A DNA stretch of 64,000 nt from the IMG/VR virus record IMGVR_UViG_3300050120_000152, positions 124,001 through 188,000 of that record; one strand, written 5' to 3'. Positions 19,726 to 32,393 of this stretch are shown here, piece after piece. Under the pieces are notes generated by a model. It had not been told where the DNA came from and searched no databases. It saw only the letters and a list, made by a program, of their open reading frames with translations. Within the stretch, counting starts at the first letter, position 1, and each line of letters starts with the position of its first letter. Made by a program: the position numbers and the translations under genes.

Positions 19726-20893
19726 GTATCTGGTACTCGTTTCTAAAGCAAATTCTACTATCTCCAACGTAACCAAAACCTTTACGGATGAGGTTGCTTT
19801 GGGAAAATATATTGATCTTAAGACAAAGGCTGGTTTCGCTTGTCATCAGTTCAATTACGACAAGAGCTTCCATTTAGGAAGCCAATTAATTTCAACCAAT
19901 GTATCAAAGGACGCATGAACTATGTATTACAGTTTTCATAATAGCGGTACAGTGTATTTTTTTAAACCAGACAAAGATGCATATGATGTTCGTAGTGGAA
20001 CAAAGCAATCATCTTTAGTATTTCACAGCAAACTTGTGAATGAAGCAAACCGTTTAGATGTTTTTATTTGTGACAATTATGGTAATATAATTGTGAAAAG
20101 TAAACGGAATCCAACCCATGTTCCCATGGCCGAATGGAAACGATTAAAAGCGAGCAATAAAAAGAAATACGCATAAATAGTTCACCATATTTAATCGGAG
20201 AGTATTCATGCAACTCAGCAACTGTATTCTTAGTGAACTCGATATTGATTCAACTGAATTCTTTTTTGGAAAGCGTGTAAATCTTTACACAGAAGATGAT
20301 GAGAATCCATATGGAACAGTCACTCTCGATGATGGTCACTATCATTTAACCGTAGGTGATTTACCAGCGTTTGGTGATCCGATTAAAAAATGACTTATCC
20401 AGTACTACCCATTGGTAAGTTATTGAAAGTTAAGGAAGGTCGCTTCATAAGAATTGAAGCGATTCTTTCTGGGCCTATGGAAACGTTTTACCTTATTCGC
20501 TGGACAGATACTAATGAAATCTTTTGCGAATTTCCTGACAAAATTAACGAATTATTGAGATAATACTATGACTGTCGTAAACGTAAACCCACCAATTACT
20601 ACAACTGTTTCTAAAGTAAACAATACTTTAGAATTCATCTGGAAAGCCGCTATTATCATAATTTTATTGTTTGCTCTTGCAACCTTTTCTTGGTTGTCCA
20701 TTTTGAATCATCGCTGTGAGGCATTCTGGGGCGAACAGTGTACCATTGTTGCTGCACCAGCATCTATCAAACCTATGTTTGGTAAAAAATATTATGATGC
20801 ATACAATGAAATTATTCCGGCAGCAACTGCTGAAGCACCAGCAACACCATCCACTGTAAAATAATAAAAGCCCCTTCCGGGGCTTTCTTATTA

Positions 20894-20913
20894 CTTACGC
20901 ATGCGTTAGGACT
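20894..20913. repeat. dispersed 24-bp element CYTACGCAWGCGTTAGGACTTAAT (copies at 20894, 38426, 38482, 47767, 51005)
   Basis: Five near-identical copies read directly. Confidence 0.85.
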
Positions 20914-21407
20914 ATTATGCATCATGTATAACAGCTTTCATGCTCTTTTTAATATAAGACTTGGCTTGATGTAATGTCTTAACCGAACACGGCAACTGAT
21001 AGGTATTATGTGATGTGATAGCCATATAATAATTTCTTTTATAATGATGTTCAGTGTCATCATTTGGCATATCACTTTCCCTTCCATCTGTTGAATGAAT
21101 GGGAAGTTCTCGTTTACGCTTGATAAGATCAAATTGAACCATAAGTCCGTTGATTTTGCCAACCCAGTGTGCTTTTTGATGAGTATAAAAACTAGAATAT
21201 TGTTTCATAATTAATTCTTCCTTATTATGAATGTTATTCTATTCGTTAAAACATGATGATTTTGTGAATGTTAAATTAACATATTAAAAACATGTTAAAT
21301 TAACATTCAATGCATGAGTTGTGCCAAGACGCAAGTATGGCATCCTTGACGGAATTAAACAAACCTGTTATCACAAAAATAAATACCTATGATATAACGG
21401 AATCAAC

Positions 21408-21914
21408 ATGGCTACAGATGTTCAACAACAAGTCAACAACAAAATTAATGAGTGTCTAAAGCGCGGCCGACAACTATTCAAGGCCAAGGTCATCCTAGAT
21501 CACATCATTCCCTCAGACTCTTTTACGAAGTCTAGTGGTTCAGCAGGTTGGAACAAGCAGCTTGGATGGTATATTAAACTTTCAAAGAAAGATTTGACAC
21601 ACCATTTGGATTATATGTTGAATGAAATCATTCCCCATGAAGTTGCCCATGTCATCTGTATGTGGCTACACGTCAACCACATGCCCATGGGAGATGACGG
21701 GCATGGCGAGGCATGGACTAAGGTTGCGAAGGCTTTAGGAAGCTCTGGTGAGGCTAAGCCGTTGGCACCCCAATTCAAGCATTCTTATAAGACCAGTAAG
21801 GGGAATATGGTCAAGGTCAATGATGAGCAGCACGAGGATATGCAGAAGCGTTATAAACGCTATACAGCTAAGGATGGTGGAGTTATCACTGCCGCAGGCT
21901 ATCAAGGAAAATAA
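21408..21914 (+). CDS. SprT-like zinc metalloprotease
   Basis: IIPHEVAHV...HGEAW motif. Confidence 0.85.
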   Translation: MATDVQQQVNNKINECLKRGRQLFKAKVILDHIIPSDSFTKSSGSAGWNKQLGWYIKLSKKDLTHHLDYMLNEIIPHEVAHVICMWLHVNHMPMGDDGHGEAWTKVAKALGSSGEAKPLAPQFKHSYKTSKGNMVKVNDEQHEDMQKRYKRYTAKDGGVITAAGYQGK

Positions 21915-22265
21915 TAAAAGCCCCTTTCGGGGCTTTTATTTTACCAATCTTGTTCATCAGTACTTGAATGTTGGTTGGACAATTCATCCAACTCTTCTTC
22001 GCAATCGGCAATTTCGTTTTCAATATCACCAATTTTTTCTTCCAGAGCATCAATTTCTGTGCGAAATCCATCTGCCAATCCGAAATCATCATCGTATGAT
22101 AATGTATTATCTAAATCGTCTTGAACTTGCGCTAGTTGGTGACGCGCATTTAGCAATTCTTGTCCAAGCTTGGACAAATGTGCCGTAAGATTCATTACGT
22201 TACTCATGACTATCAATTTACCTGTATGTTGTTGGGTTGTGAGAGGCTATAAGTTAACAAATTAG

Positions 22266-23435
22266 TTACAGCCTGTCAAGACTTTTCTTCTTCATTACGA
22301 TTTTTAAATTTATATCTTCGAATACTTGTAATACAGCGTTTAACTGATCAGGTGATGCTATAAAACATTCAGTATACCCACCACTAAAACTAATACAAGA
22401 AGGTTTGGTATATTTGTTGACAATGTTTTGGAGTATATATTGTTCAACCAAAAACATATCATATAAAATTCCAGAAAAAATCTTAATAGGATTAATAATT
22501 AGTTGTCTATATTCTTTAGCTTTAAATCGTTTCTTTATGGTAGAAACAGTAACGCCAATTTTATAATAACTTTGATTGCCATCTATAATTTTTATTAAAT
22601 ACAAAATTGCTAATTTATTTTTAAGGTTTGGTTCTTCTAAGAATCTATTGATACAATAACCACCTTTACTTTTAGTATTAGCACATTTTTTACAACCACA
22701 TCCGGAAAGATGTGATGCTGCCTCTTGTTCGAAATCTCCATGGATGGGACACGTTATAATAACTTTACTACAACTATTTACGTATATGGATTTATTATAA
22801 TTATAAAAATTATTATGCTTAGTACATGCTTTTGTTATAAAATCATCTGTTGTATATAAACAATTCCCATAACATTTAGAACAACCATAGCCTTGTAAAT
22901 GGGAACCAGCATTTTGCTCAAATTTTCCATGATCTGGACATATAATGTTAACTTTATCTCTGTAAGAAGTATAGTATGAACTACTATAATCATATTTAAA
23001 ATTATGAATAGCATTCGCTTCTATGATAAATTGATCAGTAACTTTTTTAAAATTGCCGGCACAAATTCGGCACTGTTTGCCTTGGAGATGATCACTTGCA
23101 GTTTGTAAAAACTCTCCATGAATTGGGCATATTATGATACTCTTAACATGATTATTTACATATATGAATTTATCATAATTATAAAAATTATTATGGGTTT
23201 TTGTAGCTTCTTTAACAAATTGTCCCGAAGTTTTCTTTATTTTACCCGAACATGATGGGCAACCTATACCATAAATATGATGAGCGGCACGTTGCGAAAA
23301 TTCACCATGTATAGGACATATTACTATAATTTTTGTTGTAGAATTTACATATTTAACTTTACTGTAATCATACTTGTCATTATGTTTATGATTGCATCGT
23401 AGAATAAATTCATTAGTTGTTGTTTTCTTTGTCAT
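22266..23435 (-). CDS. homing-endonuclease-like protein: four CPxHG zinc-ribbon repeats plus T5orf172/GIY-YIG-like C-terminus
   Basis: Repeat Y..V.Y..IICP.HG.F.Q...H..G..C..C; C-terminal LYLIK..YKIGVT. Confidence 0.75.
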   Translation of the reverse strand: MTKKTTTNEFILRCNHKHNDKYDYSKVKYVNSTTKIIVICPIHGEFSQRAAHHIYGIGCPSCSGKIKKTSGQFVKEATKTHNNFYNYDKFIYVNNHVKSIIICPIHGEFLQTASDHLQGKQCRICAGNFKKVTDQFIIEANAIHNFKYDYSSSYYTSYRDKVNIICPDHGKFEQNAGSHLQGYGCSKCYGNCLYTTDDFITKACTKHNNFYNYNKSIYVNSCSKVIITCPIHGDFEQEAASHLSGCGCKKCANTKSKGGYCINRFLEEPNLKNKLAILYLIKIIDGNQSYYKIGVTVSTIKKRFKAKEYRQLIINPIKIFSGILYDMFLVEQYILQNIVNKYTKPSCISFSGGYTECFIASPDQLNAVLQVFEDINLKIVMKKKSLDRL

Positions 23436-24957
23436 TACAATATAATTATTTTATTTACAATTATGTAACCGTTCGTCCGAAACTATTAAGAGTAAAATAC
23501 TAATAGCTAACCAAAAAATACTAGCAACTATTTTCCATTTACCTTTCTTATGCTCTTTGTAGGAGTGCCAGAATGTCCATGCACCACCAAGAGAAGCGAC
23601 AAGATGATAACCAAAATGGATGACTAACAATATGCTAAATAAAATTTGCATTACATTTCCATTGGTTTGGCTTGCACATCATTAACCATCAACTCATATT
23701 TCACACATTCAGCTTCTATTTTACGAACTTTCCTGTAATTAAACCAGATAAATCCCAAGAATATTAGTGCATCTAGTTTAATATCTAAATCATCTGGATT
23801 TTGAAACCAATAGATTACCACAGCAGCTAATGCCCAACATACCACGTAATGATAAAAGCTTCTATAATGTTCTAACAACGATTCTAATCTTGTAATATTA
23901 ATTTTCATTTAATTTCCTAAAATTTAACATAAAAATTAGGGAGCATTATGCTCCCTAATTTTTTTACTTCTTCTTTTTCTTCGGCTCTGGCGGCATATCA
24001 GGATCGCGCTTCTTACGCTTCTCAATCTTGATACCATTCTTGAACTTGTGAAACGCTTCACCGTTCAGCAAATCTCGCCACACGGTACGTTCAGCTGCAG
24101 TAACCGCAGTGCGTAAATAATGGCGCACAATCTTGATCGACAGCGGGTATTCGTATGCAGTACGTACTTCTAAATCTCGTGCCATTGTAGTATTCCTAAT
24201 TGTTGTGAGTAAAGGTATATGTTATTTGCTATTGTATTATATGTCAAGTGTTAATTAGCATTTAATGTTTTAGATAATTTAATAATCAGTATATCAGGTA
24301 AACATTTGAAAGCTATCATCTTCCCAGCGTACACCACAGCGAGAAAGATCAATAAGGTAAGTTTCATCAACATGCTTTGCCATTTCTACAATATCTACAC
24401 TGAAATAAATGCAATCATGTTCACTTGCAGCTAGTATACTACCCTTGGAATACGGTTGCAACATCAACATGGCATTGATAGTGGCATCAGTGTTTAAGGG
24501 ATTTTCAATATGTTCAAATTGTAGGAAAATATCAGAATTATCAAAAAATTCTTCCAATTTTCCTGTAATCATATCCCGAATATCGTATTTGTCATGTTCA
24601 GAAGTAATGTTAAGTGATTCATAGATAGTCTTGTTCATAAAATTCTCTAGTTAAAATAATCGCCCTTGTCGATATAAACACGGATATCATTGTTACCATC
24701 TTTAATAATGCCGTCTAGCAGAATAATATAAGCATTGCCAGATTGTAAAACAGGATTGATACCCCATCTGCCAATGTTTAATGATAGAACTTTACTAAAA
24801 AATGCATCAGAAAACTCAAGTCTTGGAATACCGTTTTTATCTCGTAATGTCATAAACATAATTATTATCCAAATTTCCAATAAGATTTATGATAACCGCA
24901 AACTTTACATGTTTGTGATAAAGAATGTTTTACGCCAGCAATTTTAAAAAATGTACT

Positions 24958-26109
24958 TCAGTCCGTTGAAGCACATTCGTCTGAAATGTTAAAATCTTTA
25001 TAATGCTTAATAAGCCAAGCTTTGTCATCAAATGGTTTACCAGTATAGTAACTCATAGCTACATTGAACATCATAGGTTCTAGTTCATCTTTAGCCTTCA
25101 AAGCAAATTCTTTGCGCGATAATAAGGAATTATCATGAAAAAATTTAATAGGTGCGTCAAGCTTTTTATATAATTTTCTAACAATTAATTCCATTTCATC
25201 AATACGATTAAGTAAATATATATCATGACTAAAATGAGCCCTTACATCATCACTTAATTCATTAACCACGCACTCAAATAAGTTACGTGGATGAGTTACA
25301 TTGTCTTTCAGTGAATGTAGATTTTTGTACCAGTCACATTTTACTTTAATGTTCATACCATCAACATTGATAACATATCCTTCAATATCTTTCATATTTG
25401 GAATATTGTCTACGAATTCGATCAATTTAACTGGATCAATATCATAAAAATGGTCTTTCACCAAATGCTGAACACAACCAAATTCCTCCATGTCAGATTG
25501 TAACATACTATATGGATAATCCATACCATTCGTCAAATCTCGTGCCGAAAAAATGGTTAAATTGGTTTTTTGATACGGTAAAACAATTCTAAATTTTGCA
25601 TCAGTAAATTCCATACTTACAGAATATCCCTTATGCATCATGTACATGAGGAAATTATGCAACGTTGAGTTTTCTTCCAGCTGAAGAAATTCATTTGCAG
25701 CAATAGCTTGGTCGGATTGTAATGCAGTCTTAGACTTCAAATAAACCATGTCAGCAATAGGAAGTTTATAAGTAGTCATAATACTACCATCCATCTTGTC
25801 CATGATAGATCGAGTCTTGCTGAAATCCAAATTCATTGCCATTTGATTTTCGTTCAAATTAAAAAATTTGCGAGGGGTAAGTGCTGCCAACGATTCATAC
25901 TTATCATCTTTAGTAATGAAAGTAATTCCACGGCATTCCAAAGCCGATGGCTTCAAAAAATCAGTATAGGATGCAAGACGATAAGTGAACACACGGAATT
26001 GAGTACCGTTGAACAGATGGTCAACATAATAAAATGGGCTTTCGTCAGATTCGCATAATGCCATCAAATCTTGATAAAGATCACGGCCATATTGAGTTTG
26101 AACAGTCAT
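24958..26109 (-). CDS. rnlA: T4 Rnl1-like RNA ligase
   Basis: ECRG, KFFNLNE, motif I KMDGS, EGYV, KVKCDWY. Confidence 0.92.
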   Translation of the reverse strand: MTVQTQYGRDLYQDLMALCESDESPFYYVDHLFNGTQFRVFTYRLASYTDFLKPSALECRGITFITKDDKYESLAALTPRKFFNLNENQMAMNLDFSKTRSIMDKMDGSIMTTYKLPIADMVYLKSKTALQSDQAIAANEFLQLEENSTLHNFLMYMMHKGYSVSMEFTDAKFRIVLPYQKTNLTIFSARDLTNGMDYPYSMLQSDMEEFGCVQHLVKDHFYDIDPVKLIEFVDNIPNMKDIEGYVINVDGMNIKVKCDWYKNLHSLKDNVTHPRNLFECVVNELSDDVRAHFSHDIYLLNRIDEMELIVRKLYKKLDAPIKFFHDNSLLSRKEFALKAKDELEPMMFNVAMSYYTGKPFDDKAWLIKHYKDFNISDECASTD

Positions 26110-26650
26110 TGCAATTTCCGATTGTATTAGGGTAAATGAGTTTTTCGTTTTCTATTATAGCATGCTCATGTAACTTATTGTCAAGTGTCTTGGTAGGACT
26201 GATGATATGGGTTACTTTCCATTTATGAATAGCTTCCATATAATCTGATACAATACCACGATGGCATGACCATGGCACGGCTTCGCTACACATATAGGCT
26301 ACTTTATTATCAGTAGCATAACTTTTTAATAATTCGATAGCATGTGCGAATGCTGGATCGTGATAGGCATAATCGGCATAATTACGGAATGCCGGTAATC
26401 GCCATGCTGCATTGTTTCCTGTAGACTTGGGATGTTTCTTACGAAATCCACCAAGTTCTGGCATATGAATGTAGTCAATACCCATCAAAGGTAAAGTATA
26501 TTCAAAATAATCTTTATTAAAATGTGGGAATTTTTTGGAACTTGGAAATGTACGCACGTCAACTAGCATATCAATACGATATGCACTCAACATCTTAACA
26601 AAGGTTCTAAAATCTTTATCAGAGTGGCCTATGGAAAAAATTTCTGGCAT
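26081..26650 (-). CDS. DUF488 family protein
   Basis: IFSIGHS, LVDVRTFPSSK.FPHFN, LGG.R, MCSE..W.CHR. Confidence 0.88.
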   Translation of the reverse strand: MPEIFSIGHSDKDFRTFVKMLSAYRIDMLVDVRTFPSSKKFPHFNKDYFEYTLPLMGIDYIHMPELGGFRKKHPKSTGNNAAWRLPAFRNYADYAYHDPAFAHAIELLKSYATDNKVAYMCSEAVPWSCHRGIVSDYMEAIHKWKVTHIISPTKTLDNKLHEHAIIENEKLIYPNTIGNCNDCSNSIWP

Positions 26651-27355
26651 GATTAATTTTGTGCAGAGTTATCTACACTATTGGCGAACCATGAAGTAAT
26701 AAAATCTTGTAATGGATTACCAAAATTGTGACTTTCATCGGTCAAGCTGAAAGTATACGATGTAGGATCAAGGCGAGCATAATGTTCCATAATGGTTCTG
26801 CAATGCTTTAAACGCTTTTCTAAGCGTTCTACCATAATTTGTGGAGTATTACCGTTACGTAAGGTACGAAAAATCTTTGCGTGCTGTTTCTGAATATAAG
26901 GAAGCATGTAAACAATCATAATTGAAAAGCACCTTTAATGAGTAAATATAGCGGGCCAATAAAACAAATAGCAAATATTGAGCCAATAAATGCTAATAAC
27001 ACATATGTTATTATCCTAAGCTGTTTATCTTCCATCATACACCTAATCATCTCAGGGTATTTATTTCTTCTGGCCGAGCTTTTCCCAAGAATGTTCCATG
27101 ATAAACGAATAATCGTGTTCAGTAATCTTGGATTCGTATTTGAAAATTTTGAATTTCCAGATCATAACCCTAACACGCTTGGAAAGCGTATAAATCTGAA
27201 AATAAGGTTCGTCAACCCATGAACCATTGTAGTGAGTATGGATGTTAAGAATTTTGAATTTCTTAATTTTCTTGACTGAGCTAGTGTTATGGATTTTCAT
27301 GGTGCCATTATACAATACGTTTCAATAAAAGAAAAGCCCCTTTCGGGGCTTTTGA

Positions 27356-27961
27356 TTAGAACATGTTGCAGATACATAACGCAGATGCACCAGCGTAAGT
27401 CAATGAAGTTAATGCCAGTACACCATAGTTACCATCTTCAAAATCTTCTAGACTTTTGTAAGTAGTGTTGAGGGCTTTTTTGCGCTGCCATAAACCGAAC
27501 AGCACCGGAGTAATCGTGTATTCTACTTTGTAGTCAAAAACTCGCCTAACAATCCAAACGTAAAGCTTTGTAAAAACCAGCCAGATCAATCCCAAACAAA
27601 TGAACTGAATGATAGCTCCACCAAACATCTTGGCAACGATAATGGATACCGTAATGATACCCGCTGGACTTTTAATAAAATCATTTGCAGCAACATTAAG
27701 TTGCTTGGCGGTTTCACCAATTGCCAGACCAATACCTTCACCAATTGCCTTTACTTTATCAGTGAACACAGCACTGGCCGTGATTTCACCAGCTTTGTTA
27801 CATTGATCTTGTAACTTATTGGTCTGATCTTGGGTAAGATTAAGCGTCTTAGCAGCCTGTCCCACATCAGCACAATAATTAGGTGAAGCAGATGGTGAAG
27901 TCTGACCGAATGCCAGCGTAGATACCATCATGAGCAACATAAACACAAACATCTTTTTCAT
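27356..27961 (-). CDS. hypothetical membrane protein
   Basis: Signal peptide, Cys pair, C-terminal TM helices. Confidence 0.7.
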   Translation of the reverse strand: MKKMFVFMLLMMVSTLAFGQTSPSASPNYCADVGQAAKTLNLTQDQTNKLQDQCNKAGEITASAVFTDKVKAIGEGIGLAIGETAKQLNVAANDFIKSPAGIITVSIIVAKMFGGAIIQFICLGLIWLVFTKLYVWIVRRVFDYKVEYTITPVLFGLWQRKKALNTTYKSLEDFEDGNYGVLALTSLTYAGASALCICNMF

Positions 27962-28450
27962 TGTTAATCCTTAAAAATAAAGGGTCGGCCAATCCAACCC
28001 TTTGAATAGCGCCGCCAGAAGAACAGCATCGGGTAATTACTCCTTTGTTTGTATCTTCTGACTTCGGCTAATTTTCATAATACTGAGGAATCGAACCTCC
28101 CTTCCCGCTCCATATGCTGGCGTGCTTCCTATACACTTGGGTATTACTACTGTTTTCACCGCATTAATTCAATTTATTTTCGCGTGCTGCCAAACCTTGA
28201 GTATACAAAATATACTCTAAAACTGCGCTTCGTGCAACACTTTTAGCATCTGTATAAAATCCATTCTCTGCAATGAAGGCACCGGCTATTTTCTTAGCAT
28301 CTTCAATTTGCTCTGGCGTAGCCAGTGTAAGTTTATTTTTGTACACCATTAGTATTATCCTTCAAAACGGGCAGACAGTAAGCATAGAATCAGAATTGCA
28401 AATAATTTTTTCATAATTTCATTATAACATGTAATGGATTAAAGTCAATT

Positions 28451-28540
28451 TGGCGGGAGTAGTGGGAGTCGAACCCACGACGTTTAACATTAAATGCATG
28501 GATTTAGAATCCACCGCTCTGACCACTGAGCTATACTCCC
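28451..28540 (-). tRNA. amber suppressor tRNA (anticodon CTA)
   Basis: GGGAGTA/TACTCCC-G-CCA; GTGGA-TTCTAAA-TCCAT; 19-nt variable region; canonical D and T arms. Confidence 0.88.
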
Positions 28541-28801
28541 GTATTTTATTATTTAGACTTTTGCAATGCGCCTACGTTCATCAGCAAGAGTATCAATAAA
28601 ACCATTATAAAACTCTTCTGAGGTATCTTCGGGGCCATCAGCATCAAGCTTACCGCCTGTTGCGATCCACCATTTACCCAATGCACATCCACGCTCATAA
28701 GGTGGCTTATTGCTATTGATATCGCCCATACGATTTTTTCCCTGATAAGTGGATGCTGAAAATATTACCAGTTCGCCACGCCTAAGTCCATTCATTTCTA
28801 T

Positions 28802-29143
28802 TCACCATAAATCTTCAGAATATAGGGCTGGGCCATGTTGTAATTTTTGAATTTGTCCACATTGGATAGCAATTATACCAGCTTCTACACGATTAACATA
28901 GCGTCCTGTACTTGTAAGAAAACCTTGTTCCACCTGTTCGAAATTATTAGGTGTTGGTACGTCAGTGAGTTTATCATATCGACCAACCATCCACCAAATG
29001 ACATGATGGTGCCTCGCAGGCGATGACATATAATGAATTTTTCCATCAATATCTTTAATAGCAGCAGCTACAATGGTTTCTGTCGATTTACCAATAAATG
29101 GATCAATTCTGGGGGAAGGTTCATTAGGTTTTGACCAAAGCAT
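28802..29143 (-). CDS. hypothetical phage protein
   Basis: IVAAAIK..RHHH..QGFLTSTGRYVNR..LYSEDLW. Confidence 0.7.
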   Translation of the reverse strand: MLWSKPNEPSPRIDPFIGKSTETIVAAAIKDIDGKIHYMSSPARHHHVIWWMVGRYDKLTDVPTPNNFEQVEQGFLTSTGRYVNRVEAGIIAIQCGQIQKLQHGPALYSEDLW

Positions 29144-29145
29144 AA

Positions 29146-29496
29146 TTATATCTTCAACATTTCGGCTACGGATTCAAGCGTATCAGCAAGAATAATAGAA
29201 TATTCACGATGATCCGCCACAAGTTGTTTTTGGGATTCATAAATGCTCAATGACATATTAGTGAATCCAATGTGATGTTTATATAGCGTGTAGGTAGAGC
29301 CACTTTGAGTTTTCAGATGATAACATTTATCATCTTCAGTATAATCTACGATATCAGATGATAGACGCCAGCTATCACCACCAAGATAACTACCATGCCA
29401 ACCAGACAAAATTTTGGCAACAGTATCAATACCGTTTGATATGGTGAGCAACACCCATTTATCGGGCGATTGACCGTCTTGCGCCTGTAAATCCAT
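29146..29496 (-). CDS. hypothetical phage protein
   Basis: PDKWV..GWHGSYLGGDSWRLSS. Confidence 0.7.
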   Translation of the reverse strand: MDLQAQDGQSPDKWVLLTISNGIDTVAKILSGWHGSYLGGDSWRLSSDIVDYTEDDKCYHLKTQSGSTYTLYKHHIGFTNMSLSIYESQKQLVADHREYSIILADTLESVAEMLKI

Positions 29497-31886
29497 ACAA
29501 TTATCCTCTAAATTCCATTATACGCCGAAATAGATTAAAGTCAATTGACCGTAGGTTTCTTGGCATAGCCATGTTCAGCCATTTCAGCCAACATTTCCTT
29601 ACCATACATAGCTTCAAAAATTTGTGTGGTAACCTGATGAACCAATGGCATATAATATTTACGCTCATTACAATGATTAAGAAAACGATCTAACGTTACC
29701 TCATCGTCCAACATATGAGCATTCTCTTCTATAAATTTAACAATGTCTTTTACAACAAGGTCAATTTCAGTTGCTGTCATATGTTCAGGTGTTTGAAGAT
29801 CAAATTGAACATCAAAAATGGTGTTTTCCATATTATAGAATATCTTCAAAAGGTTGATTTGTAATGGGATCAATATATAGTCCATTAATTCTTGGAATTA
29901 TCTCATCCAATGTAATATTGAGCCAATATTGTTTTAATTTTTTAGGACAATAAGCATCAGCGGCCCAAATATTAAATTTTCTTACGTAACGCATCATGCG
30001 AATATCAATAAGTTCTACTGGAATTAATCCAAGATAAAAAGGATTAATTCTAATTAATTCTAAGGCGTCATTGTAATTCATATAATAGTCTTATAAAATA
30101 ATACCGAATTAAATCGTTCGTTGGGAAATTCGGTCAAATATACATTGGTATGTGATTGCCCCACGTCCGTATGGTTTACAGTATAAATCTGACCAATATT
30201 TAAATACGTATTACCATGAACTCTATCACTATCATATCCATTAAAGCCGCCATAAACAACTTCCGTTCCTTCTTTAGCATAAATATTCATGCATTCTAGC
30301 ATTTTATAATCTTCTTGCTCAGTAGGGAAAAGCATATTAATCTCCTTAATTATTGATGTAACAAATGATGATTTTTAATTTTGGTTTGATCATATTTTTC
30401 AATAACCCATTTTGGGTGATTGATCTTAAATCCATCTTCGCCTAGTAACATAATCAAGCGTAATTTATGGTCAGAATCCATAAGATACATGGATGTTGGA
30501 TTCATGCCACCAATATCAAACAAATTCAATGGGAATTTAATTGGCCCAATGATCAAATTGTCATTATCTACCGTAATGGTTTTGAAAATTTCACCATCTA
30601 CGCTAACCGATTTTGCGGTTTTGATATGATCCAAGACTTGATTAGTTGAAATATGTGTTGCCATGATATTAATTTCCGTTTCTTTTATTTATCGTCACGT
30701 TGTTCTACGGAATATCAATCAATGGATATTTCTTAATGTCGATAAACATAAGTTTATCAATTTGTTTTGCATAATCCACATAAACTTCTGTAGCGGAAAA
30801 TGGCAATTCTACATAGAATTGATCGAAATGTCTACCACCGAGACGAACGTAGCCACCAGAATCAACATTAGAATCACCGTCGATGTAGCAACCCGTGCTT
30901 TCTACCATAGGTTCAGTCTCAGTCGCTGCAGTGCCATTATCATAGCACTTACAGCAGTTCCAATCATGTCTAGCACGACTGATAATAACCGATTTACACA
31001 GCTGGCAGCGAATGGCGAGATACTTGGTCATGGTTTATTACCCCTAAATAAAGATTTCCAAAAAGATGGTTTATTAGATTTTTGCGATTTAGGTTCGTAA
31101 TCTGCCTTCAAACAGGAGCCAGCATAATTAAATTCCAGCCGCATTAGAGATATTGTATAATTAAATAATTCAAATTCATGATTTAAATATTTTTCAAAAT
31201 ATTCCAAATTTTCATCTACAAAATTATTCGAAATGAGCGATGCGCTGTCAAACAAATCATTAGTTTTCAATGAAAAATAAAGTTCGCCCGCATTTAATGG
31301 AGTTTTAGCAACTAATAATAAATGTTCAGAAAATTGTTTTCTCAGCAATGAACAAACACGTTCTTTATTAGATAAATCAATATCATTCAATAATTCTTTC
31401 TTTTGCTTGAATAATTCATTAGCGTCAATATAATCATTCATAATTATTATCCAATTTTATTCCATTGACCTGTGACGTGATAATACATTTCTTTTAATGC
31501 TGTTTTCCATTGAGTTTTCAACGTTGAAATAGGCCCAAAAGTAACACCTACAGCAGCGCTTCCCATATTAGTTTTTGGTGAGCAAATATTCTTAATTTTA
31601 AAGCCATATGGCTTCATCTGTTTATTCATCAAAGATTTGATACGCAATAATAGTGGATAAGTGTAAAAATCTGCCGTTTTTACATTATTGGTACGCAAGT
31701 TAAGCACCCGAAATTCCATATGAGTCGGATTAACATCACTGGAATCTTCGGCAGTAATCACATAATTGATTCTCGCCAATACAGATGCAGTCATAATCTC
31801 ACTGATGGCACGACTGTCATTATCATAGGCATTTTTTTCTGCTAATTTAATTGCCTTCAATTTATTTGAATATTCAAGCACATTGT

Positions 31887-32393
31887 TCATATAAAATCTC
31901 GTTTAATTATCGTCCAAGGATCAACCAGTTCTAAACTGTTATTATGTACATCAGTACGATGCATTACAATATTGGGAACCGTATCATCAAATAGTATCAC
32001 TTTTGTATCAGGTTCGTCAAATTTATGCAGCCATAATTCTTCTGCCATATGTCGTTTTTTAACAAAATCGAAAAAATCAGATTGTGTAAGAAATGGCATT
32101 TTAAACCATTCGCGAGCCATGACTATACAATCTTCCAACGTAAAAATTAGTTCATCATCAAATTTAAAATGATGAGTTAGTTCTATATCATTGCGGATGC
32201 CATTTTCATTAAATTCTTTTAAATCTTTGGGATTCCATACAGCCCATGATAATAAACCCACACGAGTATTATTACCCAGTTGTGACATTACCCATTCTTT
32301 CAAGATTGGAAAACGAGAACACATCAGCCGAGAATTGGTTTCCCAATCCCAGATGATGGTGTTTTCTAAATCTAATAAAAGTATAGTGTTCAT
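31887..32393 (-). CDS. HAD-like phosphatase (variant motif I)
   Basis: ILLLDLENT at N-terminus and LFDDT near C-terminus. Confidence 0.45.
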   Translation of the reverse strand: MNTILLLDLENTIIWDWETNSRLMCSRFPILKEWVMSQLGNNTRVGLLSWAVWNPKDLKEFNENGIRNDIELTHHFKFDDELIFTLEDCIVMAREWFKMPFLTQSDFFDFVKKRHMAEELWLHKFDEPDTKVILFDDTVPNIVMHRTDVHNNSLELVDPWTIIKRDFI

